This document shows, piece after piece, positions 1 through 9,592 of a stretch of 64,000 nt of DNA (positions within the stretch are counted from its first letter, which is position 1; each line of letters begins with the position of its first letter). Made by a program: the position numbers and the translations under genes. Source of the stretch: Thermodesulfobacteriota bacterium (GTDB lineage Bacteria; Desulfobacterota_D; UBA1144; Nemesobacterales; UBA2774); assembly GCA_965216785.1 (NCBI GenBank), contig OZ244197.1, positions 2,624,001 to 2,688,000 of the forward strand. Reading direction: 5' to 3'. The notes under the pieces were generated by a model. That model saw nothing but the letters and a program-made list of their open reading frames with translations, made no database searches and was not told the DNA's origin.

Positions 1-169
1 TGGTCAGACAGCTTCCAAGTATCAAACTGGTCAAGGCTTGGGTAAAACAAGCTAAGAGACTAAAGAGAGTTATTTCCCACTAAAAAGTCTATTAGTCTAC
101 TCTCTTGAACTGACTTCTTTTCTATCCCGACAAGTTTAATCCGGATAAGACTGTTATATGTAAAATGAA

Positions 170-254
170 TGGTGCCGAAGGCGGGAGTCGAACCCGCACG
201 CCCGAAGGCACAGCCCCCTCAAGACTGCGTGTCTGCCAATTCCACCACTTCGGC
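170..254 (-). tRNA. tRNA-Leu(GAG), long variable arm, encoded CCA
   Basis: Reverse complement GCCGAAGTGGTGGAATTGGCAGACACG-CAGTC-TTGAGGG-GGCTG-...GGTTCGACTCCCGCCTTCGGCACCA folds as a cloverleaf; anticodon GAG. Confidence 0.96.
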
Positions 255-345
255 ACATATAAATGAGGGTGTAATTACATTGATTCTAGGGAAGGATTAA
301 ATTATCACAAATGCGCAAAAGTTCAAGATTAAACGAGAGCTAAAT

Positions 346-1569
346 TTACGCCCCGTACTTCTGAAGCCTTCCCGCGTGAGAGAGTATTAATGTCATCAGG
401 TCAACCGCCCTGAATGTACCCAGCTCCCCCTTCAAACACTCCCGCTCACCGAAGCTTTCCGCTCCCCCTCCCCTTGCGTACGGCGAGCTAATGAGTATCG
501 GCACCGGGTGCCAGCTATGAGCTCTCATTGTAGCGGGCGTCGAATGATCTCCAGTTACCACTATTACGTCCGGCTCCAGCTCCAAAATATCGGGGACAAA
601 GCTGTCAAATTCTTCGATGACTTTAACCTTGGCGTCAAAATTCCCATCCTCTCCGTAGCTGTCAGTTTTCTTAACGTGTAAATAAAAGAAGTCGTGCTTG
701 CTAAAGTCCCTCTTTAGTGTGTCGATCTCGCTCTTTATGGAATAGTCCTCAACCTCGAGCACCTCCATCCCGACGAGTTTCGACACGCCTCTGTACATGG
801 GATAGGTCGCTATGCACGCAGCGTCGAGACCGTACGCCTCGCTGAATGTAGCCAGCCTCGGGTGTTTCGCAAACCCTCTCATCAGCAAATAATTTGCTTT
901 TTCCTCATCTCTAATTATTTCCGCGACCCGGTTTACGAACTTCTCCACGACCTTAGCGACCTTATCCGCCTGCGGATTATTTCCTGTCGGCGGTATCGGG
1001 CTTCTGCCCTCTTGCTGAGGGTCAGTGTCGTGGATCGCGTCCCCGCCGTCGGGGATCGGCTCCGGGAACGTAAACACAATAGCCGAGCGGTGCTCCATGC
1101 CCGAGGTCATGTTCACTTTAACACCGTCGATCTCCTTTATCTCCTCTGAAATTCTGGATACTATTCTGATATTCTCTTCAGTCGGTATCCTCCCCGCCCT
1201 TCTGTCTGTCACGACAGGCGTATCGCCCTCATATTTTACAGTTGCGAAATTTCCTCTTATAGCCAGGTCGTTCGGGCTCAGATGTAGCCCCAGCCCCAGC
1301 GCCTCCAGTACCCCTCTACCAATTTCGTGCACAAGCGGATCATATCCGAACAGCCCCAAGTGCGCCGCCCCGCTCCCTGGAGTAATGCCCACCGCTACAG
1401 GTGTGTGATGACCCGTAGAGCCTCCCCTTGCTAGCCTGTCCATATTAGGCGTATTTGCCGCCTCAAGCTCCGTCACTCCTCCCTGAGGGAGTCCCCCTAC
1501 CCCGTCCAGTACGCAGAGTACTATTTTAGTGCCGTTAGGCTGCTGTAATTTCTTTATTATTTCCTGCAT
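346..1569 (-). CDS. apgM: 2,3-bisphosphoglycerate-independent phosphoglycerate mutase (ApgM type)
   Basis: VLDGVGG, TELEAANTPNMD, PGSGAAHLGLFGYDP, GRGVLEALG and VTGDHSTP...HSWHPVP motifs. Confidence 0.92.
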   Translation of the reverse strand: MQEIIKKLQQPNGTKIVLCVLDGVGGLPQGGVTELEAANTPNMDRLARGGSTGHHTPVAVGITPGSGAAHLGLFGYDPLVHEIGRGVLEALGLGLHLSPNDLAIRGNFATVKYEGDTPVVTDRRAGRIPTEENIRIVSRISEEIKEIDGVKVNMTSGMEHRSAIVFTFPEPIPDGGDAIHDTDPQQEGRSPIPPTGNNPQADKVAKVVEKFVNRVAEIIRDEEKANYLLMRGFAKHPRLATFSEAYGLDAACIATYPMYRGVSKLVGMEVLEVEDYSIKSEIDTLKRDFSKHDFFYLHVKKTDSYGEDGNFDAKVKVIEEFDSFVPDILELEPDVIVVTGDHSTPATMRAHSWHPVPILISSPYARGGGAESFGERECLKGELGTFRAVDLMTLILSHAGRLQKYGA

Positions 1570-1625
1570 ATCACCCCTCTTATATGTGCTATAAACATTC
1601 TCCCCGACTTTTTCGGGGAATCAAG

Positions 1626-2393
1626 TTACTGCTCACTTAACTCAACTTCCATACCGTCGTATGCGGGCACTATACCTTCGGGAAGCTCACTCTTTAGCTT
1701 ATCGTAGTCAAGCTCATGACCCATGTGCGTAAATACCGCGAGCCCTGGATTTAACTTTTCCACTGTCTTCACAGCTTCTTCTACATTAAGATGCGCTTCA
1801 TGAGGTCTATATCTGAGCGCGCTTATGATCAAAAGCTCAAGTCCCTGGAGCTTGTCCATGGATTCAGGAGGAATACCGCTGCAGTCTGTAAGGTAGGCCA
1901 TATTGCCGATTCTGTATCCGTATATCATCCAGTCGGCATGATATATTTCCACCGGAATCACACTGGCTTCACCGATACCGAACTCGCCGTTTATGATATT
2001 TAGCTCCAGCTTTGGCTTTCCTCCCGCAGATTTAACCCCATCGAATATATAATTAAAATTATTTTCAATGTTTGTAAGGGTTTGAGTGTTTCCATAGCAC
2101 GGAATCACCATCCGGTTCATGAAATTATATGTCCTTAGCTCATCTATCCCGTGAGTATGGTCCGCGTGGGAGTGAGTATAGAGGACAGCATCAAGCTTAG
2201 TAATGCCGTGTCTTAACGCCTGGAACCTTAGATCGGTTGAAGTGTCAATGAGTATATTCTTGCCCCGTGTCTCTACAAACAAAGAGCACCGTGTCCTTTT
2301 GTTTTTAGGGTTTTCAGAAGTACAAACCGGGCATGTACAGCCGATTATAGGCACCCCTGTAGAAGTCGCGCACCCAAGAATAATTACCCTCAT
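1626..2393 (-). CDS. MBL-fold metallo-hydrolase, PhnP/YycJ-like
   Basis: LGCATSTGVP..GCTCPVC, THSHADHTHG, YLTDCS, FTHMGH, AYDG motifs. Confidence 0.9.
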   Translation of the reverse strand: MRVIILGCATSTGVPIIGCTCPVCTSENPKNKRTRCSLFVETRGKNILIDTSTDLRFQALRHGITKLDAVLYTHSHADHTHGIDELRTYNFMNRMVIPCYGNTQTLTNIENNFNYIFDGVKSAGGKPKLELNIINGEFGIGEASVIPVEIYHADWMIYGYRIGNMAYLTDCSGIPPESMDKLQGLELLIISALRYRPHEAHLNVEEAVKTVEKLNPGLAVFTHMGHELDYDKLKSELPEGIVPAYDGMEVELSEQ

Positions 2394-2492
2394 CAGGGAA
2401 AATTTATCATTATCTATGGGTTATTTCAAAAAATAGCCCCTGAAAAACTCCGATAGCCATGGTAAAATGTTAAAGTAAATTATAAAAAATAG

Positions 2493-2521
2493 TTTACAAA
2501 CGACCACAAACCTAATATAAT
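2493..2521 (+). promoter_or_regulatory. sigma70-type promoter of the amidase gene
   Basis: TTTACA-17 bp-TATAAT just upstream of ATG 2534. Confidence 0.65.
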
Positions 2522-2533
2522 TATATTTCTAAG

Positions 2534-4228
2534 ATGATGAGGATGACTACTAAGATACCGCTGATTGCTTTGTTTTTGCTACTATTCGTCTCGCTCGCGC
2601 CTTCTCACGCTGAAGACAGGGGTGAAAAACTCTACACGGAGACCTTTACACTCTATAAAACTCTCGCGGTAGACCCCGACAAAGTTCAGAATAAAGAAAT
2701 ATGGCAAACAATAGCAAGGGCTTTCTATAGTATTTACAAAAATCACCCTTCCAGCTCAAAGGCCCCCAACTCGCTGTTCTTGTCAGGAAAAATGTACGAG
2801 GAAATGGGTGAGCGTTTCAACTCCAGGGACAATCTAGATACGGCAGTCGAATATTCAAGACTGTTCGTCAGGGTATATCCCGATAACCGCCTTGCCGACG
2901 ACGCCCAGTTAAGGGTCGCGCGCATAGTGGAAAAACGAAGCAAACGGGACGCTTATACAGAATATGAAAAGGTAGTAAATGACTTCCCGAACGGCGATAT
3001 GAAAAAGATCGCCGCTCACAAGCTCAAGGATCTAGCTCCATTTAAACCCTCTACAAAGACCGCTTCATCCAAACGTACAAGTAGCTCGGGACTCGTGAAA
3101 GTAAGCCAGATACGTCATTGGTCAACGGATGATTTCACTAGAGTCGTGATTCATGTAGACAAAGAAATGCCCTTTACCTCAAGATTCCTAAAGGCTGACC
3201 CAAAGAACGGCAAACCTCCTAGGTTATTTGTGGACATAAAAGGCACGAGCGTCGATAAGAACCTGTATGTCGAGCCCATAAAAAACGGACTACTTGAGGA
3301 AATTAAATTCGCCCGTAATACCCGAAACCAGGTAAGGGTCGTGCTATATATCAACAGTTTTGATGACTATAAAGTTTTCGCGCTTCAGGAGCCTTTCAGG
3401 ATTGTTATGGACATACACGGGAGCGGAGCAAATAAGGGCGGATATTATGCAAAAGACAACAGCGACTATAAATACGAATCGGGACTTCCGGAGGACAATG
3501 TGTCTTCGTTATCAGAGGCGCTCGGGCTGAAGATAAGGACCGTGGTGATCGACGCAGGCCACGGGGGGCACGACCCGGGAGCGATCGGGCACAGCGGGCT
3601 TAAGGAAAAGGACGTTAACCTAAAGGTCGCAAAAGCCCTTAAAGCCAAACTGGATAAGGACGGAAAGAAGTTTGGTATCACAAAAGTCCACCTTACCAGG
3701 AGCAGCGATAAGTTTATCCCCCTTGAGGAAAGAACCGGTATTGCGAAGAAGCTCGGCGCGGATCTGTTTATCTCGATTCACGCAAATGCGGCCCGGAGTA
3801 AACAGGCCTACGGTACCGAAACCTACATACTCAGCCTAACGAACGACCAGCGCTCACTTGCGGTCGCGGCCAGAGAGAACGCCACAACGAACATATCGAG
3901 GAGCGATATGGAGAATGTGCTCAAGCAATACCTCCTGAGCGCTAAGGTTGAAGAATCAGAGCGTTTTGCCAATTATGTTCAGAAATCTATAATCAGAGAG
4001 GTTTCAAAAAAGCATAAGCCTGTAAAGGATAAGGGTGTTAAGAAGGCGCCGTTCATTGTGCTGATCGGAGCAGATATTCCCTCTATCCTGGTAGAGACAG
4101 CGTTCGTAACTAACCCGATGGAAGAAAAGAGGCTAAAATCCAAAGACTACATTGATGATCTTGCGGACGGCATCTTCACAGGCATCAAACGCTACTCCAC
4201 AGAAGTCCAAACCGCCTCGGTACATTAA
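2534..4228 (+). CDS. N-acetylmuramoyl-L-alanine amidase (signal peptide, TPR-like, AMIN and Amidase_3 domains)
   Basis: IRHWS..FTRVVI AMIN segment; VVIDAGHGGHDPGA, LKEKDVNL, LFISIHANA, PSILVETAF. Confidence 0.92.
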   Translation: MMRMTTKIPLIALFLLLFVSLAPSHAEDRGEKLYTETFTLYKTLAVDPDKVQNKEIWQTIARAFYSIYKNHPSSSKAPNSLFLSGKMYEEMGERFNSRDNLDTAVEYSRLFVRVYPDNRLADDAQLRVARIVEKRSKRDAYTEYEKVVNDFPNGDMKKIAAHKLKDLAPFKPSTKTASSKRTSSSGLVKVSQIRHWSTDDFTRVVIHVDKEMPFTSRFLKADPKNGKPPRLFVDIKGTSVDKNLYVEPIKNGLLEEIKFARNTRNQVRVVLYINSFDDYKVFALQEPFRIVMDIHGSGANKGGYYAKDNSDYKYESGLPEDNVSSLSEALGLKIRTVVIDAGHGGHDPGAIGHSGLKEKDVNLKVAKALKAKLDKDGKKFGITKVHLTRSSDKFIPLEERTGIAKKLGADLFISIHANAARSKQAYGTETYILSLTNDQRSLAVAARENATTNISRSDMENVLKQYLLSAKVEESERFANYVQKSIIREVSKKHKPVKDKGVKKAPFIVLIGADIPSILVETAFVTNPMEEKRLKSKDYIDDLADGIFTGIKRYSTEVQTASVH

Positions 4229-4249
4229 ATACTATCGTATCAATCATCT

Positions 4250-4281
4250 TGTCATTCCCGTATGTATTTATCGGGAATCCA
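4250..4281. repeat. degenerate REP-like palindromic element
   Basis: TGTCATTCCCG...CGGGAATCC inverted repeat after the amidase stop. Confidence 0.5.
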
Positions 4282-4445
4282 TTTACTTCCTTGCTGTGGA
4301 AAAGTACGAGACTCCAAAGAAGCCCCGGCATATTATCAGCTCCGCATACTAAATTAAATTCTCACGTGTTACATGTTATTATTCATTCCAATTATACTAA
4401 TAATGTGTAGCCAATTAGCCTTATCCAGTAATTTTAAGGAGCTCT

Positions 4446-6176
4446 ATGAATAAGAACCAGGAAATAGCCCTCATCTTCGAGCGCATCTCAAACATGCTTA
4501 GCGTGCTCGATGAAAACCCCTTTAAGATACGCGCTTACAAAAAAGCTGCGTTAAATATTTCAGAGCTCGGTGAGGACATAGAGGAAAGAGCCGGTAAGGA
4601 TGACCTGACTTCGATTCCGGGGGTCGGGAAAGACCTGGCGGCCAAGGTTAAGGAATATGTAGACACCGGCAAAATTGCTGAGTATGAGAAGCTTTCAAAG
4701 ACCGTGCCGCTTGAGCTTATCGAGCTTCTAAGAATCCAGGGCTTGGGACCCAAAACCCTCTCGCTGCTGTTCAAAGAGCTGGGTGTGAAGTCAATCTCAG
4801 ACCTTGAAAAAGCGCTCGACGGGGAAGAGATTTTAAGCTTTAAGGGACTTGGCGAAAAGAAGATAAATGACATTAAAAAGGGAATCTCGATTTTTAAACA
4901 GAGTAAAGAGAGAACGCTTCTAGGAGCGGCGCTACCTATTTCAGAGCTCATAATAAACGCAATTGACAATATCCCCGGTACAGAAGGCACCGTGGCCGCG
5001 GGCTCGCTCAGGAGGTTCAGGGAGACCGTGAGGGATATAGACATCCTAACCATGTCCGATAACACTGAGGATACGGTTAAAGCGTTTACCGAAATGCCGT
5101 TTGTAAAGGACGTACTGGCATCCGGCAGCACCAAAGGGAGCGTTATTGCGGGAGACGGGCTTAATTCCGGCATACAGGTCGATCTCCGGGTCGTCGGGCC
5201 CGAGTCCTACGGCGCGGCGCTTCAGTACTTCTCGGGCTCAAAAGCCCATAACGTAAGAGTAAGGTCGCTTGCCACAAAAAAAGGGCTCAAGATAAACGAA
5301 TACGGTGTGTATAAAGGTGACAAAAAAATAGCAGGCGAGACAGAGCGAGAGGTATATGAATCCCTCGGCCTCCCTCTCATCCCGCCCGAGCTCCGTGAAG
5401 ACCGCGGAGAGATTGAAGCCGCGCTTGAAGGCAAGCTCCCCGATCTTATCGAGCTGAGCGATATAAAAGGCGATCTTCACATGCACACCACCTGGAGCGA
5501 CGGTAAAGCGACAATAAAAGAGATGGCCGAGAGCGCTAAGAAGCTTGGATATAAATATGTTGCAATCACAGACCACTCACCCTCATCCGTAATTGCAAAC
5601 GGCCTTTCCGTTAAAAGGCTAAAGGAAAAGAAAAAAGAGCTTGAGGAAGCCGACAAAGAGATAAAGGGAATCAAGATACTTATGGGTACGGAGGTCGATA
5701 TAAAACCCGACGGCACTCTCGACTATCCTGACCAGGTGCTTAAGGAGCTGGACATCGTCATCGCTTCGGTCCACAGCGGATTCAAAATGGATATCGAGAC
5801 AATGACAGAGCGCATTCTGAGCGCTGTAAAAAACCCCTATGTACACGCGATCGGGCACCCTACAGGCAGGCTGATAAACGAGCGCGATCCCTACGAGGTC
5901 GATATCGACAGACTCATTCAAGCGGCTCTAGAGCACGGTAAAGCCCTTGAAGTAAACGGGTCCTACCCAAGGCTCGACCTTAAAGACCTACACGTTAGAA
6001 AGGCTGTTAAGGCGGGGGTAAAAATCATTATCTCGACCGACGCTCACAGTCCCGAGCAGCTTCTCCAGATGAAGCTCGGCATAGGCACGGCAAGAAGGGG
6101 CTGGGTGGAGAAAGGCTCCGTTCTCAATACATTAGAAACTAAAGAGCTTTTGAAATGGCTCTCAATGAACCGGTGA
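4446..6176 (+). CDS. polX: DNA polymerase X / PHP 3'-5' exonuclease
   Basis: ENPFKIRAY, AAGSLRR.RETVRDIDIL, GAALQYFSGSKAHN, PPELRED, DLHMHTTWSDG, ITDHS, STDAH. Confidence 0.95.
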   Translation: MNKNQEIALIFERISNMLSVLDENPFKIRAYKKAALNISELGEDIEERAGKDDLTSIPGVGKDLAAKVKEYVDTGKIAEYEKLSKTVPLELIELLRIQGLGPKTLSLLFKELGVKSISDLEKALDGEEILSFKGLGEKKINDIKKGISIFKQSKERTLLGAALPISELIINAIDNIPGTEGTVAAGSLRRFRETVRDIDILTMSDNTEDTVKAFTEMPFVKDVLASGSTKGSVIAGDGLNSGIQVDLRVVGPESYGAALQYFSGSKAHNVRVRSLATKKGLKINEYGVYKGDKKIAGETEREVYESLGLPLIPPELREDRGEIEAALEGKLPDLIELSDIKGDLHMHTTWSDGKATIKEMAESAKKLGYKYVAITDHSPSSVIANGLSVKRLKEKKKELEEADKEIKGIKILMGTEVDIKPDGTLDYPDQVLKELDIVIASVHSGFKMDIETMTERILSAVKNPYVHAIGHPTGRLINERDPYEVDIDRLIQAALEHGKALEVNGSYPRLDLKDLHVRKAVKAGVKIIISTDAHSPEQLLQMKLGIGTARRGWVEKGSVLNTLETKELLKWLSMNR

Positions 6177-6177
6177 T

Positions 6178-8226
6178 TTGAAAAGAAATATTATGACAGC
6201 TGATACTAATAAAATATCGAAAAAAGACGCGGCTCAGAAAATCAATGAGCTTTCTAAAGAGCTTGAGCGTCACAACTATCTTTACTACGTGAAGAATAGC
6301 CCCGAAATTTCAGACTCAGAGTTCGACGAGAAGTTAAATGAGCTTAAGAAGCTGGAAGCCCAATTCCCGGAGCTTATAAAACCCGACTCCCCCACCCAGC
6401 GCGTAGGCGGCGCAGTCGCAGAAGGTTTTAAGTCCGTCAAACACTCAGTGCCGATGATGAGCATAGATAATATCTCCGACATTGACGGCGCGCTAGACTT
6501 CGATAAAAGGGTAAAGAAAATCCTGGGACTCGAAAACGGTGTCATCGATTATGTGGCCGAACCTAAATTTGACGGCGTCTCCGCCTCACTCACTTATGAG
6601 AACGGATTATTCACAAGGGGCGCTACACGAGGAAACGGCACTGTAGGAGAAGACGTCACCGCAAACCTAAAGACTATAAATACCATCCCGCTCAGGTTAA
6701 GCGGCAATGGGAGCATACCCGAGCTTATCGAGATCAGGGGAGAGGTACTCTATCCGCTGGAGTCCTTCAAGGCACTCAATAACGAGCTTGCCGAGCAGGG
6801 AGAGCCTCTGTTCGCTAATCCCAGGAACGCCGCCTCCGGGGCCATCAGACAGTTGGATTCCGCTATTACAGCGGGAAGACCGCTTGATTTTTATTCCTGG
6901 GGTATAGGAGCTGTACAAGGCTACGATATAAACACAGAGTGGGACATTGTGCAGTCGCTCCGCACTTGGGGGTTTAAGGTCGAAGACCGAATCATGAGAT
7001 GCAAAGGTATAGAAGAGGCCATTTCTTATCAGAAAGAGATTGAGACGGTAAGAGATGATCTCCCTTACGAAGCTGATGGCATAGTGATTAAAGTAAACCG
7101 TAAGGACTATCAAAGAGAGCTAGGAACAACAGCTAAGCACCCGCGCTGGAACATAGCGTATAAATTCAAGCCCCGCCAGGCAACAACGAAAATAAACGAC
7201 GTCACCATACAGGTCGGGCGAGTCGGTCTTCTCACGCCGGTGGCAGAGCTCGAGCCTGTGAAGATTTCAGGTATCACCATAAAGCGCGCGTCCCTTCACA
7301 CGATGGACATAATAAATGAAAGGGACATACGCATCGGCGACACGGTTCTTGTGCAAAGAGCCGGAGACGTCATACCCGAGGTCGTGATGCCTATTAAGGA
7401 AAAGAGGAGTGTGGAGGAAAAAGAAATTGTTATGCCGGACACCTGCCCTTCCTGCGGGACTCCTGTCGAAAAAGAGGGCTCATATTACTACTGCCCCAAC
7501 ATTGCCTGCACAGCCCAGCTAAAGGGACGAATCACACATCTTGCCTCCCGCAGAGCCTTCGACATCGAGGGTCTCGGAGAAAAAATAGTGGAGCAGCTTA
7601 TGAAAGAAGGCCTCGTACATGATATGGGCGATATCTTCAACCTCAAGAAAGAGGCGCTTCTTCCACTTGAAAGATTCGCGGAAAAATCGGCTGAGAACCT
7701 TGAGAAGGAAATAGAAAACGCTAAGTCCGTTAATTTTGAGCGCTTTATAAACGCCCTCAGCATCCGCCACGTCGGTGAGCGCACGGCTCAGATACTGGCC
7801 CACAATTTTCCCGATATATCGGCGCTGATGAGCGCGTCCAGAGAAGAGCTTACTTCAATTCACACCATCGGCTCTGAAATTGCGGAGAGTGTTGCTCACT
7901 TTTTTGAGACAGAGAAAAACACGGAGCTCGTCGATAAAATGCTCCACGCTGGAATCACCATACAATATCCGGAGAATACTCAGGAAAGTGATGAGCTAAA
8001 CGGGCAAACCTTCGTATTTACCGGTGGACTCGAATCTCTCACCAGGGATGAAGCCGCAAAGCTTGTCGAAAACCACGGGGGCCGTACGACATCGTCAGTT
8101 ACCAAGAAAACAAGCTATGTCGTCGTAGGAAAAGACCCTGGGTCCAAATACGAAAAAGCTCTCTCGCTCGGGATCGAGATACTCACCGAAGATGAGTTTA
8201 AAAAACTAATAGATTCATACAAGTAG
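6178..8226 (+). CDS. ligA: NAD-dependent DNA ligase (start may be ATG 6193)
   Basis: HNYLYY, SPTQRVG, EPKFDG, ATRGNG, ANPRNAA, zinc finger CPSC..CPN..C, BRCT domain. Confidence 0.97.
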   Translation: MKRNIMTADTNKISKKDAAQKINELSKELERHNYLYYVKNSPEISDSEFDEKLNELKKLEAQFPELIKPDSPTQRVGGAVAEGFKSVKHSVPMMSIDNISDIDGALDFDKRVKKILGLENGVIDYVAEPKFDGVSASLTYENGLFTRGATRGNGTVGEDVTANLKTINTIPLRLSGNGSIPELIEIRGEVLYPLESFKALNNELAEQGEPLFANPRNAASGAIRQLDSAITAGRPLDFYSWGIGAVQGYDINTEWDIVQSLRTWGFKVEDRIMRCKGIEEAISYQKEIETVRDDLPYEADGIVIKVNRKDYQRELGTTAKHPRWNIAYKFKPRQATTKINDVTIQVGRVGLLTPVAELEPVKISGITIKRASLHTMDIINERDIRIGDTVLVQRAGDVIPEVVMPIKEKRSVEEKEIVMPDTCPSCGTPVEKEGSYYYCPNIACTAQLKGRITHLASRRAFDIEGLGEKIVEQLMKEGLVHDMGDIFNLKKEALLPLERFAEKSAENLEKEIENAKSVNFERFINALSIRHVGERTAQILAHNFPDISALMSASREELTSIHTIGSEIAESVAHFFETEKNTELVDKMLHAGITIQYPENTQESDELNGQTFVFTGGLESLTRDEAAKLVENHGGRTTSSVTKKTSYVVVGKDPGSKYEKALSLGIEILTEDEFKKLIDSYK

Positions 8227-8234
8227 CTTACAAA

Positions 8235-8360
8235 TGTCATTGCGAGCGAAGTAATACCATTCTTATTGTCACCCCGGATTACGTGCCGGGATCTCATCTT
8301 TTTCATTCGCTTTTTTCTTCTCCTCCCCCCATTGCGGGGGAGGATTAAAGGTGGGGGGGC
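8235..8360. repeat. cluster of degenerate REP-like palindromes
   Basis: TGTCATTGCGAGCGAA, CCGG..CCGG and CTCCCCC-ATTGC-GGGGGAG hairpins after ligA. Confidence 0.5.
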
Positions 8361-8430
8361 CATCCTACCTTGAGGCCTTCTAATGACATGTCCTTTACAA
8401 CCATAACGTTTATTCTGTAGAATAGGAGCT

Positions 8431-8781
8431 ATGAAAAAATTTCAAACAACTAAATCAGCGCCCGCCGTAGTAATTATTATCGGAATTTTCACCCTAATAT
8501 TCTCAGGCTGTTTCGGCGAGAAATACAAAATCGAATCACCCAAGGTAAGCGGTGCGGAAGAAGTCTCAAATAGCTGCTCGCAAAACCTGGGACTTGACGA
8601 AGAAGACAGAGAGCAGCTCGCGAAGGTACTCAAGAATAACGGCAGCAAATATAACGATGAATTTAAACTTGAGGCGATGTTGATAATCACAGAATCCGAC
8701 GGCGTCGCGCCCGAGGACAGGAATGCGGTCGAAAAAACCTATTTTTCCTGTATTGAGAATGCAGTCAATACCTCAAAGTAA
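8431..8781 (+). CDS. hypothetical lipoprotein
   Basis: AGGAG RBS; hydrophobic signal ending FSGC. Confidence 0.7.
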   Translation: MKKFQTTKSAPAVVIIIGIFTLIFSGCFGEKYKIESPKVSGAEEVSNSCSQNLGLDEEDREQLAKVLKNNGSKYNDEFKLEAMLIITESDGVAPEDRNAVEKTYFSCIENAVNTSK

Positions 8782-8813
8782 ACTCTGATGGCAATATTCA
8801 GAGAGTCTGCTCA

Positions 8814-9548
8814 CTACCGGGCTCTCTGCCTAACAATCTCATAGAGCATCATCCCGGCTGCGACCGAAGCGTTAAGTGAAGACACTTTCCCTGACTTTGG
8901 GATAGAAACCAAAAAATCGCAGGAATCTTTTACGGATTTAGATAGCCCCCTGCCCTCGCTCCCTATCACGAGAGCTATGTCGAGGTTCTTAAAATCCTGC
9001 TCATATATTGTCTGCTCCGAGTCGGCATCGGCACCGACTATCCAAACCCCGTCTTTTTTTAATTCCTTTATTTCACGCGTGATGTTAACAACCCTGGCGA
9101 CAGGAACATGGTTCACCGCTCCGGAAGAAGCTTTAATTACAGACGGGGTCACGGCAGCGGCCCTGTCTTTTGGTATCACAACTCCGTGCGCTCCCAGGAA
9201 ATCCACCGTTCTGACTATAGCCCCGAGGTTCTGAGGGTCTTCAATATGGTCTAGAATGACAATCAGCAGGTTTTCAGAGCTTTTTCCTGCGGTTTTCACG
9301 ATTTGTGAAATATCCGAGTACTGAAAATCCCGTATTTTTGCCACTACACCCTGATGAGAAGAGTTTCCCGCAAGCCTGTTTAGCGCTTCACGGGGGAGGA
9401 AAGAGACCTTTACGCCTCTTTTTTTAGCAAGCTTTACTATATCGGAGACGTTTGCGGATTTTACGTCCTTATTGACAATAACCTCGTCGATACCGGATCC
9501 CGGGTCAGAAAGGGCTTCATTGACGGGATTTTTCCCGTAGATAATCAT
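8814..9548 (-). CDS. rlmB: 23S rRNA (G2251-2'-O)-methyltransferase, TrmH/SpoU family
   Basis: IYGKNPV.EAL, HQGVVA, LDHIEDPQNLGAIVR, GSEGRGL, SLNASVA. Confidence 0.93.
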   Translation of the reverse strand: MIIYGKNPVNEALSDPGSGIDEVIVNKDVKSANVSDIVKLAKKRGVKVSFLPREALNRLAGNSSHQGVVAKIRDFQYSDISQIVKTAGKSSENLLIVILDHIEDPQNLGAIVRTVDFLGAHGVVIPKDRAAAVTPSVIKASSGAVNHVPVARVVNITREIKELKKDGVWIVGADADSEQTIYEQDFKNLDIALVIGSEGRGLSKSVKDSCDFLVSIPKSGKVSSLNASVAAGMMLYEIVRQRAR

Positions 9549-9592
9549 ATTATTACTCTCATGGTCTGAAATAGTTCCGGGATACTGAGAAT

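Noticed and set aside
138-166. dif-like sequence AATCCGGATAA...ATATGTAAAAT beside tRNA-Leu
   Set aside because: Spacer length and right arm do not fit the 11-6-11 layout; too weak to call.
4535-5173. Long antisense ORFs (also 19176-19769, 25224-25844, 39292-39885 and others)
   Set aside because: Ser/Ile/Phe-rich shadows of well-supported genes on the opposite strand.
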